In this document: positions 19,338 to 31,255 of the stretch, piece after piece | Layout: each line of letters begins with the position of its first letter | Numbering within the stretch: position 1 is the stretch's first letter | Assembly: GCA_040403075.1 (NCBI GenBank) | Contig: JBBALJ010000005.1 | Location: 4,948-68,947, forward strand | Source: Bacteroidia bacterium | GTDB taxonomy: Bacteria; Bacteroidota; Bacteroidia; UKL13-3 | Length of the DNA stretch: 64,000 bases | Reading direction: 5' to 3' | Program-made: the position numbers and the translations under genes | Notes under the pieces: generated by a model | Told to the model about the DNA's origin: nothing | The model's input: only the letters and a program-made list of their open reading frames with translations | Database searches by the model: none

Positions 19338-20048
19338 TTATCTCATGTTGTGATAAATTTTTGTTACATCATCATCTTCGTCAATCAAGTCAAGTAAGAC
19401 ATTTACTTCGTCCTCGTGCTCTTCGCTCACTTCAACAAAAGTAGTTGGAATCCTCATCAATTCCGCATTCACAATTTCTATTTTTCTTTCTTCGAGGGCC
19501 TGTTGCATAGCGCCAAACTCGGTAAAGGGAACTGATAACATCAAATGGCCTTCACCATCATCTTCTACTTCTTCTAAACCATAATCTATCATTTCCAATT
19601 CAAATTCTTCAATTGAAATACCATTAGGTTTAATTTTGAAAATACCTTTACGCTCAAATAGAAAATCCAATGAACCAGATACCATCAATTGACCCCCTTT
19701 TTTGTTAAAGTAACTTCTAAGGTTAGCAACAGTTCTTGTCGGGTTATCGGTAGCTGTTTCAATTACTATGGCTACGCTGTGCAATCCTTTTCCTTCATAC
19801 ACCACTTCCTGAAAATCTTTATCCTGCTTGCTGCTAGCTCTTTGAATAGCTCCGTCAATATTGGCTTTTGGCATGTTTACAGCTTTAGCATTTGCTATAA
19901 TAACACGAAGCCTAGAATTGTTTTCTGGTTCAGGACCACTAGCTTTAACGGCAATGGCAATCTCTTTTCCAATTTTTGTGAATGCTCTACTGTTTCTTGA
20001 GTTGTTAGCAAACATTTTGTGCTTGCGTTTTTCAAATGCTCTTCCCAT
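19338..20048 (-). CDS. YebC/PmpR-family DNA-binding transcriptional regulator
   Basis: 236-aa ORF. N-terminus MGRAFEKRKHKMF....RAFTKIGKEIAIAVKASGPEPENNSRLR is characteristic of the family. Confidence 0.9.
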   Translation of the reverse strand: MGRAFEKRKHKMFANNSRNSRAFTKIGKEIAIAVKASGPEPENNSRLRVIIANAKAVNMPKANIDGAIQRASSKQDKDFQEVVYEGKGLHSVAIVIETATDNPTRTVANLRSYFNKKGGQLMVSGSLDFLFERKGIFKIKPNGISIEEFELEMIDYGLEEVEDDGEGHLMLSVPFTEFGAMQQALEERKIEIVNAELMRIPTTFVEVSEEHEDEVNVLLDLIDEDDDVTKIYHNMR

Positions 20049-20162
20049 TTTATATCTATTTTATCTTTTTTATATTATATCGAATTGAATTGTTAATCGA
20101 TGAGCTGCTGTATTATTAGCTCTTTATTAATTCCTCATTCGTAATTACCAATTCCTATTTCT

Positions 20163-20954
20163 CTAAAACCCATCACCATCCAATAGGTTGCCTAAGCCAC
20201 CTAAAATACTACCCTGTTCTTTACCTCCTCTGATGCCATACTGCATAATTCTTCCTGCTAATCTGCTAATAGGTAATGATTGAATCCAAACTTTTCCCGG
20301 ACCTCTTAAGGTTGCAAAGAAAACACCTTCGCCACCAAACAAGGTGTTTTTTATTCCACCAACAAATTGGATATCATAGTCAACATCTTTGGTAAATGCA
20401 ACGATACAACCCGTATCTATTTTCAACAATTCGCCAGGTTGTAATTCACGCTCTTCTACATGTCCACCTGCATGAACAAAAGCCATTCCATCACCCTCCA
20501 GTTTTTCCATAATAAAGCCTTCTCCTCCAAACAAACCAGTTCCTAATTTTCTTTGAAATTCAATACCAATGCTAACGCCTTTAGCTGCGCATAGAAAGGC
20601 ATCTTTCTGACAAATAACCCTATTACCCAATCTGTGTAAATCCAAAGGAATGATTTTTCCTGGGTAGGGGGCAGCAAATGTAACTTGTCTTTTGCCTTGG
20701 CCCATATTGGTATAAGCAGTCATAAACAAGCTTTCACCCGTAAGCATGCGCTTACCTGCAGACATCAATTTACCTAAAATGCCTCCTTGTTGTTGGCTTC
20801 CATCTCCAAAAATGGTATTCATTTGCACGCCATCATTCATCATCATAAAGCTGCCAGGTTCTGCCATTACTGTTTCTTCAGGATCTAATTCAATTTCTAC
20901 ACATTGCATTTCGCTGCCGAAAATGCGATAATCAATTTCATGGTTGTTAATCAT
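20163..20954 (-). CDS. TIGR00266 / AIM24-family protein
   Basis: 263-aa ORF. Blocks such as GEGFIMEKLEGDGMAFVHAGG and the glycine-rich C-terminal tail match my recollection of DUF124/AIM24 proteins. Confidence 0.65.
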   Translation of the reverse strand: MINNHEIDYRIFGSEMQCVEIELDPEETVMAEPGSFMMMNDGVQMNTIFGDGSQQQGGILGKLMSAGKRMLTGESLFMTAYTNMGQGKRQVTFAAPYPGKIIPLDLHRLGNRVICQKDAFLCAAKGVSIGIEFQRKLGTGLFGGEGFIMEKLEGDGMAFVHAGGHVEERELQPGELLKIDTGCIVAFTKDVDYDIQFVGGIKNTLFGGEGVFFATLRGPGKVWIQSLPISRLAGRIMQYGIRGGKEQGSILGGLGNLLDGDGF

Positions 20955-21063
20955 AGTGGTGATAAATTTTGAGGCGAAAGTATAAAAAATGTTACAATCA
21001 ACATCGTGCTTGTGAAGCCAAATTAAAAATATATCCCTAATTATTTATATTGCGTACTCATAA

Positions 21064-21723
21064 ATGAAAAAAGCATTAGTCATAGGGGCAACAGGATTGG
21101 TAGGTAAAAACGTAGTTTACCAATTACTTAAAAGTAATGATTATTCCAAAGTAGTATTGATTTTACGAAAGGAAATGACCATTAGCGACCCCAAACTTGA
21201 GCAACATGTCATCAATTTTGATAAAATGTCGGAATATCCAGATTTGTTTAGGGTTGACGAAGTTTTTTGTTGCTTAGGAAGCACCATAAAAAAAGCTGAA
21301 ACAAAAGAGGCTTTTGAAAAAGTGGATCGCTATTATTGTTTTATGGCGGCTACCTTGGCTCGTGCAAACGGGGTTACTCATTTTTTAATGGTTTCAGCCT
21401 TAGGTGCTAACAAGTATTCAAATATTTTTTATAATAGGGTAAAGGGTGAAGCTGAAGATGATGTAGATAAATTAGGCTTTTTATGTACGAGTATTTTCAG
21501 ACCATCATTATTAACGGGTTCACGCAGCGAATTCAGGTTTAGCGAATGGCTTGGAATCATGATAATGAAACCATTCTCTATTTTCTTAAAAGGGAAACTT
21601 CAAAAATATGCTCTTATAAGTGGCGAAAATGTGGCAAAAGCCATGGTGAAAAGTGCTTCATTATATAGAGGCGGAAAGCATATATATGAAGGAGATAAGA
21701 TAATAAGTCTCCTAAATGTTTAA
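21064..21723 (+). CDS. NAD(P)H-binding oxidoreductase (atypical SDR, HTATIP2-like)
   Basis: 219-aa ORF. N-terminal Rossmann motif VIGATGLVGKN. Confidence 0.65.
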   Translation: MKKALVIGATGLVGKNVVYQLLKSNDYSKVVLILRKEMTISDPKLEQHVINFDKMSEYPDLFRVDEVFCCLGSTIKKAETKEAFEKVDRYYCFMAATLARANGVTHFLMVSALGANKYSNIFYNRVKGEAEDDVDKLGFLCTSIFRPSLLTGSRSEFRFSEWLGIMIMKPFSIFLKGKLQKYALISGENVAKAMVKSASLYRGGKHIYEGDKIISLLNV

Positions 21724-21741
21724 ATTTTTTCGAATAAAATT

Positions 21742-21771
21742 TTGTCTATACGCTTATCATCCTTACATTTG
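21742..21771 (+). promoter_or_regulatory. candidate promoter of tRNA-His: TTG-N19-TACATTTG
   Basis: TTG at 21742-21744, a 19-nt spacer, then TACATTTG at 21764-21771. The tRNA starts 19 nt downstream. This fits the Bacteroidota TTG/TAnnTTTG consensus. Confidence 0.5.
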
Positions 21772-21789
21772 CACACTCAAAAAATAAAC

Positions 21790-21867
21790 GGTGGTTGTAG
21801 CTCAGTTGGTTAGAGCATCGGTTTGTGGTACCGAGGGTCGTGGGTTCGAGCCCCATCATCCACCCCA
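21790..21867 (+). tRNA. tRNA-His (anticodon GTG) with encoded G-1 and encoded CCA
   Basis: Folded by hand. Acceptor stem 21791-21797 / 21857-21863 has one U5-U68 mismatch. D arm GCTC/GAGC. Anticodon stem TCGGT/ACCGA with loop TTGTGGT. T arm GTGGG-TTCGAGC-CCCAT. G-1 (21790) lies opposite discriminator C73 (21864), the histidine identity feature. Confidence 0.9.
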
Positions 21868-21876
21868 ACAATTTTA

Positions 21877-21904
21877 AAAGCCTTGAATTTCAAGGCTTTT
21901 TTTG
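21877..21904 (+). terminator. rho-independent terminator after tRNA-His
   Basis: GCCTTGA att TCAAGGC followed by ttttttt. Confidence 0.75.
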
Positions 21905-22060
21905 TTTCTTTTTATCTTGAATAAGAGAGATTATTTTGATACAAAAGTTGATGTGCTTATATAATAATTAGGTTCAAACGACTCCCAAAAATTATTATTA
22001 TATTCTGTCAACTAATGCATTGATCAAATTCTAAATTTTCTAAATGACGATAAAATAACA

Positions 22061-22089
22061 TTTGCCCATTTGTTTATTCTCTACTTTTG
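22061..22089 (+). promoter_or_regulatory. candidate promoter: TTTG-N17-TACTTTTG
   Basis: TTTG at 22061-22064 and TACTTTTG at 22082-22089, 20 nt before the ATG at 22109. Confidence 0.4.
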
Positions 22090-22108
22090 AATTATTAGAA
22101 AATAGAAT

Positions 22109-22525
22109 ATGGACAGAAAAGAATTTATATCGCAAGTAGGCCTAGGTGTGGCTTCCTTGCTAGTACCAGCTTGTATTGGCGGTTTGTCTAGTTGCTCAAA
22201 GTCAGACTCAGGAACCCCTGCACCAAGCAATGTTGATTTTACGATTGATACCAGCACAGGAGCACTGTCAGTAAATGGTGGTTACCTAATACAAAGTGGT
22301 GTGATAGTAGCAAGAACTAAAACAGGCACATTTATAGCTGTTTCAGCGGCATGCACACATGAGGGCACTAATGTGAATTATAGCTCAATCAATGCTAGTT
22401 TTAATTGTCCTACTCATGGTGCTAGATTTAATGAGTCAGGGGCAGTGACACAAGGTCCTGCATCAAGAAGTTTAACCAAATACAATACAACTTTAACTGG
22501 CAAAAGCCTGAGGGTTTATTCATAA
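22109..22525 (+). CDS. small Rieske [2Fe-2S] domain lipoprotein
   Basis: 138-aa ORF. CTHEG...(16 residues)...CPTHG is the Rieske CxH/CxxH pair. The N-terminus has RKEF plus a hydrophobic stretch and an LSSC lipobox-like site. Confidence 0.8.
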   Translation: MDRKEFISQVGLGVASLLVPACIGGLSSCSKSDSGTPAPSNVDFTIDTSTGALSVNGGYLIQSGVIVARTKTGTFIAVSAACTHEGTNVNYSSINASFNCPTHGARFNESGAVTQGPASRSLTKYNTTLTGKSLRVYS

Positions 22526-22554
22526 AAAAAGCTGCTCATTGAGCAGCTTTTTTT
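22524..22554. terminator. bidirectional rho-independent terminator (Rieske gene / gyrB)
   Basis: aaaaaaa GCTGCTC att GAGCAGC ttttttt. Confidence 0.8.
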
Positions 22555-22570
22555 ATTTTTTATATTGCTC

Positions 22571-24565
<1,995 letters not shown>

Positions 24566-24786
24566 TTATGGCCTTGTTTTACCTAATTGTTAAGCAGATA
24601 TTTCCTATATGTTTTTCCACATTTTTTACGCACTTTTTTAAGTGGCTAATTATGAATAGCTGAATGAAGGGAAATACCTAATAGGTTTAGGATAGGGAAG
24701 GGTTTATTTGTAGAGAAATAACGACAGGATTTTATATGATTCCTTAGAGTGAATTCTAGGTGTTCTGAAATGTATTTTGCTGATGC

Positions 24787-25251
24787 TTAAGTTAGAGATC
24801 TTCTTAAATCCCTATCCACATCACGCGATTTAATGCTTTCTCTTTTGTCAAATTCTTTCTTTCCTTGTCCCACCGCTATTTCAAGTTTTACAAAACCTCT
24901 GTCTGATATATAAAGTTTTAAGGGAACAATGGCAAAACCCTTCTCAGAGGCCTTGTTTTTAAGTTTACGTAGTTCGATTTTTTTAAGGAGAAGTTTTCTA
25001 ATCCCAAATGGCTCGTGGTTGTAGTGTCCGCCTTGTTTCCAAATGCCTACATTCATGCCTTTTATGTACAACTCAATTTTATCTCCTTCTTGCTTCACAA
25101 AACAAAAGGCGTCACTGATATTGGCATTTCCATCCCTAATTGATTTTACCTCAGTGCCACTAAGAACAATGCCAGCATTGTATTTCGTATGCAATTGGTA
25201 TTCAAAAGTGGCTTTTTTGTTTACGATATGAATTTTTTTTTGCTCTGCCAT
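24787..25251 (-). CDS. smpB: SsrA-binding protein SmpB
   Basis: 154-aa ORF. NKKATFEY near the N-terminus and a basic C-terminal tail. Confidence 0.92.
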   Translation of the reverse strand: MAEQKKIHIVNKKATFEYQLHTKYNAGIVLSGTEVKSIRDGNANISDAFCFVKQEGDKIELYIKGMNVGIWKQGGHYNHEPFGIRKLLLKKIELRKLKNKASEKGFAIVPLKLYISDRGFVKLEIAVGQGKKEFDKRESIKSRDVDRDLRRSLT

Positions 25252-25252
25252 G

Positions 25253-25648
25253 TTATGTGCCCAGTGAATTAAATAGCCTCTCGATTTTCTCTTTTTTTAA
25301 TATTTTTTGTCCTTGCCTGCCGATTGCAATCAATCGTTCTCCCACTTTGGCTTCATAGCAACAAATAATTTCATTCTTTGTAATGCTTTCAACGCTAGCG
25401 GTAAAAATCACTTGGCTGTTTTCAAGCGCTGGACTTTGGTGTTCAATACTTAAAAAAGTGCCAATTCCCTCTTCATCATCTTCTTTCATTTCCAAAACAA
25501 ACAGTCTGCAACACCATTCAGCATCTCTACCAACTGCAAATGTAGCATAAACGGGGTGAACTTGTCCACTATCAAAATTGGCCGTATCAGCATGACCAAC
25601 AATCTTAGAAAATGATTTTTTATCACCAACCTTAAAAGGGTTTTTCAT
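25253..25648 (-). CDS. hotdog-fold thioesterase-family protein
   Basis: 131-aa ORF. The pattern FKVGD...(H)PVYATFAVGRDAEW resembles FlK-like thioesterases. Its stop is 1 nt from the smpB start. Confidence 0.55.
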   Translation of the reverse strand: MKNPFKVGDKKSFSKIVGHADTANFDSGQVHPVYATFAVGRDAEWCCRLFVLEMKEDDEEGIGTFLSIEHQSPALENSQVIFTASVESITKNEIICCYEAKVGERLIAIGRQGQKILKKEKIERLFNSLGT

Positions 25649-25724
25649 ACTGCGAATAAAATATTTTCAAAAGAGTTTATTCTATTTTTAATATTTTTAC
25701 TAATCTTGACAAATCCTAGAAACA

Positions 25725-26600
25725 ATGTTTGTAAGCGGTTTTACCATAGCTCGTAATGTAATAAAGTACGATTACCCCATCAAAGAAGCCATACTTTCGA
25801 TACTACCCATAGTAGACGAGATGATAGTACTTGTGGGTAATAGCGAGGATGGTACCGAGAATTATATTCGCTCTATACATGACCCAAAGATAAAAATTTT
25901 CCACTCAGTATGGGACGATAAATTGAGAGAGGGTGGGAGGGTGCTTGCAGATGAAACCAATAAAGCATTTGCCAAAATCAACCCTAAGGCCGATTGGGCT
26001 TTTTACATTCAGGCCGATGAATGTGTTCATGAAAAATATCATGATACGATAAAACAAACCCTATTTAAATTCCGAAAAAATAAGAGCATTGATGGCTTGC
26101 TGTTTAACTATACCCATTTTTATGGAAGCTATGATTATGTAGCCACTTCGAGGAGTTTTTATAAAAGAGAAATTAGGATTATCAGAAATAATAAGAACAT
26201 CCTTTCTCATGGAGATGCCCAAGGTTTCAAGTTTCGCAATGGCAGTAAATTGCATGTAAAACAGGTTGATGCTAATATTTTTCATTATGGTTGGGTGAAA
26301 CATCCCATGAAAATGACTGAAAAAGTAAAAGGTTTTCACAAAATGTGGCACTCCGATGATTGGATTGAAAGTCAACAAAACTTGAACAACGAATGGAATT
26401 ATAATCTTGTGGAAAAGGCAGAGAGATTTGCAGATACTCACCCCCGTGTGATGTTCGAAAGAATCAAAAATAAAAATTGGAATTTTGAGTTCGACCAAAG
26501 TAAAGTGAAGGTGAGTTTGAAAAATAAAATCATCTATTTTATTGAGAAATATTTGGGATATAGCATAGCCGAGTATAAAAATTATATATTGCTCAAATGA
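25725..26600 (+). CDS. putative glycosyltransferase (GT2-like)
   Basis: 291-aa ORF. The N-terminal segment FTIARNVIKYDYPIKEAILSILPIVDEMIVLVGNSEDGT resembles GT2-like proteins I recall. ATGA overlap with the next gene. Confidence 0.5.
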   Translation: MFVSGFTIARNVIKYDYPIKEAILSILPIVDEMIVLVGNSEDGTENYIRSIHDPKIKIFHSVWDDKLREGGRVLADETNKAFAKINPKADWAFYIQADECVHEKYHDTIKQTLFKFRKNKSIDGLLFNYTHFYGSYDYVATSRSFYKREIRIIRNNKNILSHGDAQGFKFRNGSKLHVKQVDANIFHYGWVKHPMKMTEKVKGFHKMWHSDDWIESQQNLNNEWNYNLVEKAERFADTHPRVMFERIKNKNWNFEFDQSKVKVSLKNKIIYFIEKYLGYSIAEYKNYILLK

Positions 26601-27835
26601 AATGGCTAAATCCATATCAAGATAGATTGCTAATCTTCTTTTCTTGTTTGCTCATATCGGGCATTTTCTTGATTGATTCAGCTCGTTCTCTCGCTAGTAT
26701 TAGTATGATAGGCTTAGCTCTGACTGCCATTTTAACGCTAAAGTTGAAAGGGGTAAAGGCAAAGTTATTGGCGCGAAAAGATTTGCTTGTTCTATCTGGT
26801 TTGTTTTTATTTTTATTGCCTTCGATTGTTTATTCAGATAACATTCAATATTTTTTTGAACGACTTCAAATTCAATTACCTTTTCTTATTCTTCCCTTGG
26901 CATTTATTTTTTTTAAGCCTTTAAGTAATAGACAATTTATGCTAGTCTATTATTTCTTTTTAATAGGTGTATTCATCATTTCATTAGATGCTTTTATAAA
27001 TTATTTAAATAATAGTGAGGCCATTAATCAAATGTATTTGCAAAGCCAAGTGATGCCAACCATTGTTAGCCATCACCCTACTTTTAGCATTATGATTTCA
27101 TTTGCTATTTATGTTGCTTATTATCTTTACAAGCACCAGTTTTATGCCTTTAATAAAAATGAAAGGTATGCCATTGCTGCCATAGGTATTTTACTATTTA
27201 CTTTTCTCCATATTTTCTCCGTTAGGAGTGGCTTATTGGCTATTTACGTGCTTATTTTTATTGAGTTTTATAAATTCATTTTTATAAAAAAACAATACAA
27301 AACAGGCATGCTGAGTTTGCTTTTTTCTTTTTTGATAGGCTTCTCCACTTTTATGCTTTCACCCACCATCAGAAACAAAGTTGAAAACACTCGAAGTGAT
27401 ATTTCAAACAGCGGTAATGGCAATATAAATAATCAATCCTTGGGCAGTAGGATGGCATCATGTCATATAGCTCTTGATATTGCTGATAGTACCTCTTGGT
27501 TAATGGGTAGCGGTTTGGGTGATTTGCAAGATTTGAGTGACTATATGTGGAGTACAAAATATCCTGATGTTACAAAAAAGATTATCCCACATAACCAGTT
27601 TCTATTTTACTTAGCTGCAACAGGCATTATTGGTTTATTAGTATTTATTTTTTGCTTGATTTTCCCATTGCTTTATAAGAGCAATTTTAAGCACCCATTG
27701 CTTAGTATACATTATATAATTATGCTGATTGCATTAATGTTTGAAGCCTTCTTTCAGACCCAATTAGGAGTAGCCTATTGTTTAATTTTTATCTTGTTGC
27801 CATTGAATCAAACGGCAATATGGCAAAACGATTAA
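26597..27835 (+). CDS. O-antigen ligase-like polytopic membrane protein
   Basis: 412-aa ORF with many hydrophobic spans. The SVRSGLLA motif and a periplasmic loop are typical of the Wzy_C family. Confidence 0.55.
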   Translation: MKWLNPYQDRLLIFFSCLLISGIFLIDSARSLASISMIGLALTAILTLKLKGVKAKLLARKDLLVLSGLFLFLLPSIVYSDNIQYFFERLQIQLPFLILPLAFIFFKPLSNRQFMLVYYFFLIGVFIISLDAFINYLNNSEAINQMYLQSQVMPTIVSHHPTFSIMISFAIYVAYYLYKHQFYAFNKNERYAIAAIGILLFTFLHIFSVRSGLLAIYVLIFIEFYKFIFIKKQYKTGMLSLLFSFLIGFSTFMLSPTIRNKVENTRSDISNSGNGNINNQSLGSRMASCHIALDIADSTSWLMGSGLGDLQDLSDYMWSTKYPDVTKKIIPHNQFLFYLAATGIIGLLVFIFCLIFPLLYKSNFKHPLLSIHYIIMLIALMFEAFFQTQLGVAYCLIFILLPLNQTAIWQND

Positions 27836-27847
27836 CAATTAATCTCG

Positions 27848-29539
27848 TTAGAAATCCCAATTCTTAGGGGCTATGTTTAATCTAATTCCCAAAGAAATAT
27901 AAGCAGATTCGTTTTCAAATTCTTTCATTGCACTGGTTGTTTTTCTATATGTTAATTTTACATCTAGAAATAAATTATGTTTAGGCATATAGCTGCAAGT
28001 TAAGTCCAATAGATATAAATTTGTTAATACTCCTTGACCTATAACCACACCATATTGTCTTGGAATATTTGAATAGCTTAAACCGATATTTTTCCCCCAA
28101 TTACTTCCATTTGTATCATTGCCATAAGTGGCATAAATGGCCTTTGCTGTAAAATTAAGTCTATTGATTGGTTGATACCTCACAATTCCAATAAACTCCT
28201 TGAAATTAGCACCAAGTGGGTGTGCCATAGGTTGACGGTAATTGGTAAATGTCATCCTTTCACTCTGCGATGTATACATATATGGTCTGCATATATTTAC
28301 CTCGGCTTGTGCATCAAGGTTATTAATTCCAAAAACATCTATGTATTTTAAACCCAATTGATATGCGTATTTGTTGCCAAACCAATTCCTATCGCTTAAC
28401 ATTTCTGATAGGATAAATTCACTAATCAAAAATTGTCCATAGGTCTGAAAATGCTTTTTAAAATTCCACTTGAAATTTGTTCCAATAACAGCTTTGTCTA
28501 TACTATTTAGGCTGTTTTCAACCGCTTTGTAAAATATAATTGGATTTAAATATTGCACATCAAATGTGTTGCCACCTTGAATGCTACTATCTCTGTTAAA
28601 AATGATAGTTTCAAATACCCCTAAGTTAAAATTCTTTTTTATGTTTATTGATAAGTGATGTGTGGCAGTATATTGCCTTTTGCTTATAACTTCACCTGTT
28701 CCGCCATTTGGTAATGGATATTGAAGTTGTTGGGCAAAAATATTTGTGTAGTTGAGTTTCCAAATTCGAGTGTTAAGCCTAAGAAAAATATAATCTCTGC
28801 TAAAATCAGAAAGGATAAATGTTCTGAACCCATCTCCAATAAAATTTCTTCCAGTACCAAACTGAAAATCCATGTATTTATTGGGTGAAACTGTCACATA
28901 TCCGCTAGCAAGGAAATAATTATATGAATTAGGATCAGGGATGTTTTTATAGAAGCCTGTTCCAGGAATAACTTTGTTTTCTTTAACGTATTCGGCAATC
29001 TGATAATTCGGTTTTATGATTTCGTCACTTACTTGGGTGTAAAAGCCTATCTTGTTAGTAATATTTCCTCTGATTTCAATACCTCTATTATTTATTAATG
29101 CATTTGCCCCATTCACTTTTTCACTCGAAAATTGATAGTATAAAACTGGATTTACTACTAAGTTAAAATCTGGGATTTGAATTGAATATAGAGCTGCCTT
29201 TTTTGTATAAAAATCCTTTAAAACGGGTCTTTTTGAAAAAGTGTTTTCAGAAGAACTCCATTCGAAATTGTCGTTTTGCAGGTATTGTAAATTGAATTCG
29301 TCTTGCTTGGAAAGTGCGCTGTCGCTAAGGCCAAGGCTATCGGCAAATTCAGCGATGGCCTGTCTTCTATAAGATTTAGTGGTTGAGTGAAAAAAACGAT
29401 TTGGTATCTCACCCGATTTAATCTCCATTCTATCCAAAATATGATTTGATAAAGTACCATAGCCCAAATAGGTGTGTTGGGCCTTTGCTTGGCTTATGAT
29501 TATCAAAAGGAGAAGTAGGCTAGTAGCTTTATTTAACAT
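27848..29539 (-). CDS. outer-membrane beta-barrel protein, possibly Wzi/RemB-like (capsule-assembly family)
   Basis: 563-aa ORF with a signal peptide (..IIISQAKAQ). Alternating beta-strand pattern throughout and a C-terminal ...NWDF aromatic terminus. The family assignment is tentative. Confidence 0.4.
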   Translation of the reverse strand: MLNKATSLLLLLIIISQAKAQHTYLGYGTLSNHILDRMEIKSGEIPNRFFHSTTKSYRRQAIAEFADSLGLSDSALSKQDEFNLQYLQNDNFEWSSSENTFSKRPVLKDFYTKKAALYSIQIPDFNLVVNPVLYYQFSSEKVNGANALINNRGIEIRGNITNKIGFYTQVSDEIIKPNYQIAEYVKENKVIPGTGFYKNIPDPNSYNYFLASGYVTVSPNKYMDFQFGTGRNFIGDGFRTFILSDFSRDYIFLRLNTRIWKLNYTNIFAQQLQYPLPNGGTGEVISKRQYTATHHLSINIKKNFNLGVFETIIFNRDSSIQGGNTFDVQYLNPIIFYKAVENSLNSIDKAVIGTNFKWNFKKHFQTYGQFLISEFILSEMLSDRNWFGNKYAYQLGLKYIDVFGINNLDAQAEVNICRPYMYTSQSERMTFTNYRQPMAHPLGANFKEFIGIVRYQPINRLNFTAKAIYATYGNDTNGSNWGKNIGLSYSNIPRQYGVVIGQGVLTNLYLLDLTCSYMPKHNLFLDVKLTYRKTTSAMKEFENESAYISLGIRLNIAPKNWDF

Positions 29540-29554
29540 AGATATAGAGTGAAA

Positions 29555-30013
29555 CTAAAATGTAACTTCTTTAGGCAAAAACTTAGCGGTGTCACCACCG
29601 TTGCGGATTAAATCCCTAACAACCGAAGAGCTAATTGGCGTATAGGCGGGGTCACACATTAAAAAAATAGTCTCAGTTTGCGGATGTATGATTTTATTCA
29701 TTTGAGCAATGTTTTTTTCATAATCAAAATCAGCCATGGTTCTTATGCCTCTAAGGATGTATTTGGCTCCAATGGTATCACAGAAGTTAACTGTTAAGCC
29801 CTCGTAGGAGGCCCCTCTAACTTTGTCAGTGTATGAAAAAATCTCGTTCACCCAACTCACCCTTTGCTCTAAATTGAACAAAGTTACCTTGCTGCTATTG
29901 TTTCCAATACCAATTATTATTTCATCAAAAAGAGGCATGGCACGCTCTATAATGTTCACATGTCCAATGGTTATGGGGTCGAAAGTGCCTGGAAATAAAG
30001 CAATACGTTTCAT
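29555..30013 (-). CDS. coaD: phosphopantetheine adenylyltransferase
   Basis: 152-aa ORF. N-terminal FPGTFDPITIGH motif. Confidence 0.93.
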   Translation of the reverse strand: MKRIALFPGTFDPITIGHVNIIERAMPLFDEIIIGIGNNSSKVTLFNLEQRVSWVNEIFSYTDKVRGASYEGLTVNFCDTIGAKYILRGIRTMADFDYEKNIAQMNKIIHPQTETIFLMCDPAYTPISSSVVRDLIRNGGDTAKFLPKEVTF

Positions 30014-30114
30014 AAAAATGGCTAATTAGTTTATGCGAGAATACGAAGATTCTATTTTTAATCAAAGACTTTTGTTTGTGCTGAAACTATCGTAAAATTG
30101 CTGCTTATATATTT

Positions 30115-30297
30115 ATGGAGAAGGAAATAGAATCAATACAAGATAAACCCCTTGAATGCCCTGTAAGTGTAAAGGGTAGAAGCAAGTTTAAGATGTGGAT
30201 GAAACGAATTGGCGTAGCGGGTTTTTTATTTTTCTTAATCAAAGGTTTGGTTTGGATTGCGATTTTTCTATTCGCCAAAGATGTAATTAGTAAATAA
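30115..30297 (+). CDS. hypothetical small membrane protein
   Basis: 60-aa ORF with one clear TM (VAGFLFFLIKGLVWIAIFLFA). Coding status is unproven. Confidence 0.3.
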   Translation: MEKEIESIQDKPLECPVSVKGRSKFKMWMKRIGVAGFLFFLIKGLVWIAIFLFAKDVISK

Positions 30298-30418
30298 AGA
30301 GGCTGAGACCAGACAGAATCTAACTCATAATAGAATTTAAATAGTTCAATAAAATGCAGCCCCGAAGGGGCGTAATATTAGAAACATAGGGTGAAGCCCT
30401 ATGAAAAAAGAAAACATT

Positions 30419-31249
30419 ATGAAAAAAATAGTAAAAGTAGCAGATATCGAATGTGGAAATGATGAATTGTTTTTAATCTCAGGTCCTTGTGTGATTGAGG
30501 ATGAATCAATAATGATGAAAACAGCAGAGAAGTTGAAAGAGGTATCGGAAAAATTAAAAATCAAGATGATTTACAAATCATCTTTTCAAAAAGATAATCG
30601 CAGCAGTTTAAAATATTATGATGGTCCAGGATTGGCTAAAGGTGTGGCTATTTTGGCTAAAGTAAAAGAGCAATTCGGATTTCCTTTGCTTACGGATATT
30701 CATTATCCAGACCAAGCAGCTGCGGCAGGTGAGGTATGTGATGTATTGCAAATACCGGCTTACTTGTGTATGCAGTCAACTTTAATGGTAGCTGCAGCCA
30801 AAACAGGTCGTGTTATTAATATCAAACATGGTCAGTTCTTGGCACCTGAAAACATGAAGCACCCTGTTCAAAAGTGCATTGATGCGGGTAATGATCAAGT
30901 TATTTTAACAGAACGTGGATTTACCTTCGGTTATAATGATATGGTGGTTGATCCTCGTAGTTTCTTTTTAATGGGACAAATTGGTTACCCAGTGGTGTTT
31001 GATATTACGCATAGTATTAGAAAATATGGTATTCCAAGTGCTGATGCCAAAGGTGGTGCGCGCGAGTTCTTGCCAGTATTAAGTAGAGCAGGTGTGGCCG
31101 CAGGAGTAGATGGTGTATTTATCGAAACACATCCTAACCCTGCAGAAGCTTTATGTGATGCTGCTTCACAGTTATCTGTATATGATTTAGAAGAGTTCTT
31201 AAAACCTTTGATAGATATTCATAACTTGGAAGTGAGTTATAGAAAATAG
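30419..31249 (+). CDS. kdsA: 3-deoxy-8-phosphooctulonate (KDO-8-P) synthase
   Basis: Blocks LISGPCVIE, KSSFQKDNRSS and PAYLCMQSTL. I prefer the ATG at 30419 (MKKIVKVADIE...), which aligns with the usual KdsA N-terminus. The ORF-track start is at 30401. Confidence 0.92.
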   Translation: MKKIVKVADIECGNDELFLISGPCVIEDESIMMKTAEKLKEVSEKLKIKMIYKSSFQKDNRSSLKYYDGPGLAKGVAILAKVKEQFGFPLLTDIHYPDQAAAAGEVCDVLQIPAYLCMQSTLMVAAAKTGRVINIKHGQFLAPENMKHPVQKCIDAGNDQVILTERGFTFGYNDMVVDPRSFFLMGQIGYPVVFDITHSIRKYGIPSADAKGGAREFLPVLSRAGVAAGVDGVFIETHPNPAEALCDAASQLSVYDLEEFLKPLIDIHNLEVSYRK

Positions 31250-31255
31250 TTCTTA

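Noticed and set aside
21868-22108. Possible integrated element at the tRNA-His 3' end
   Set aside because: There is no integrase and no direct repeat of the tRNA 3' end that I could see downstream. The next gene is an ordinary Rieske lipoprotein with its own promoter-like boxes.
26061-26615. 184-aa ORF antisense to the GT2-like gene
   Set aside because: It lies entirely inside a better-supported sense ORF that has an ATGA-coupled downstream partner. Its composition (I/F/K/N-rich) is what a reverse frame of AT-rich coding DNA produces. No motif was found.
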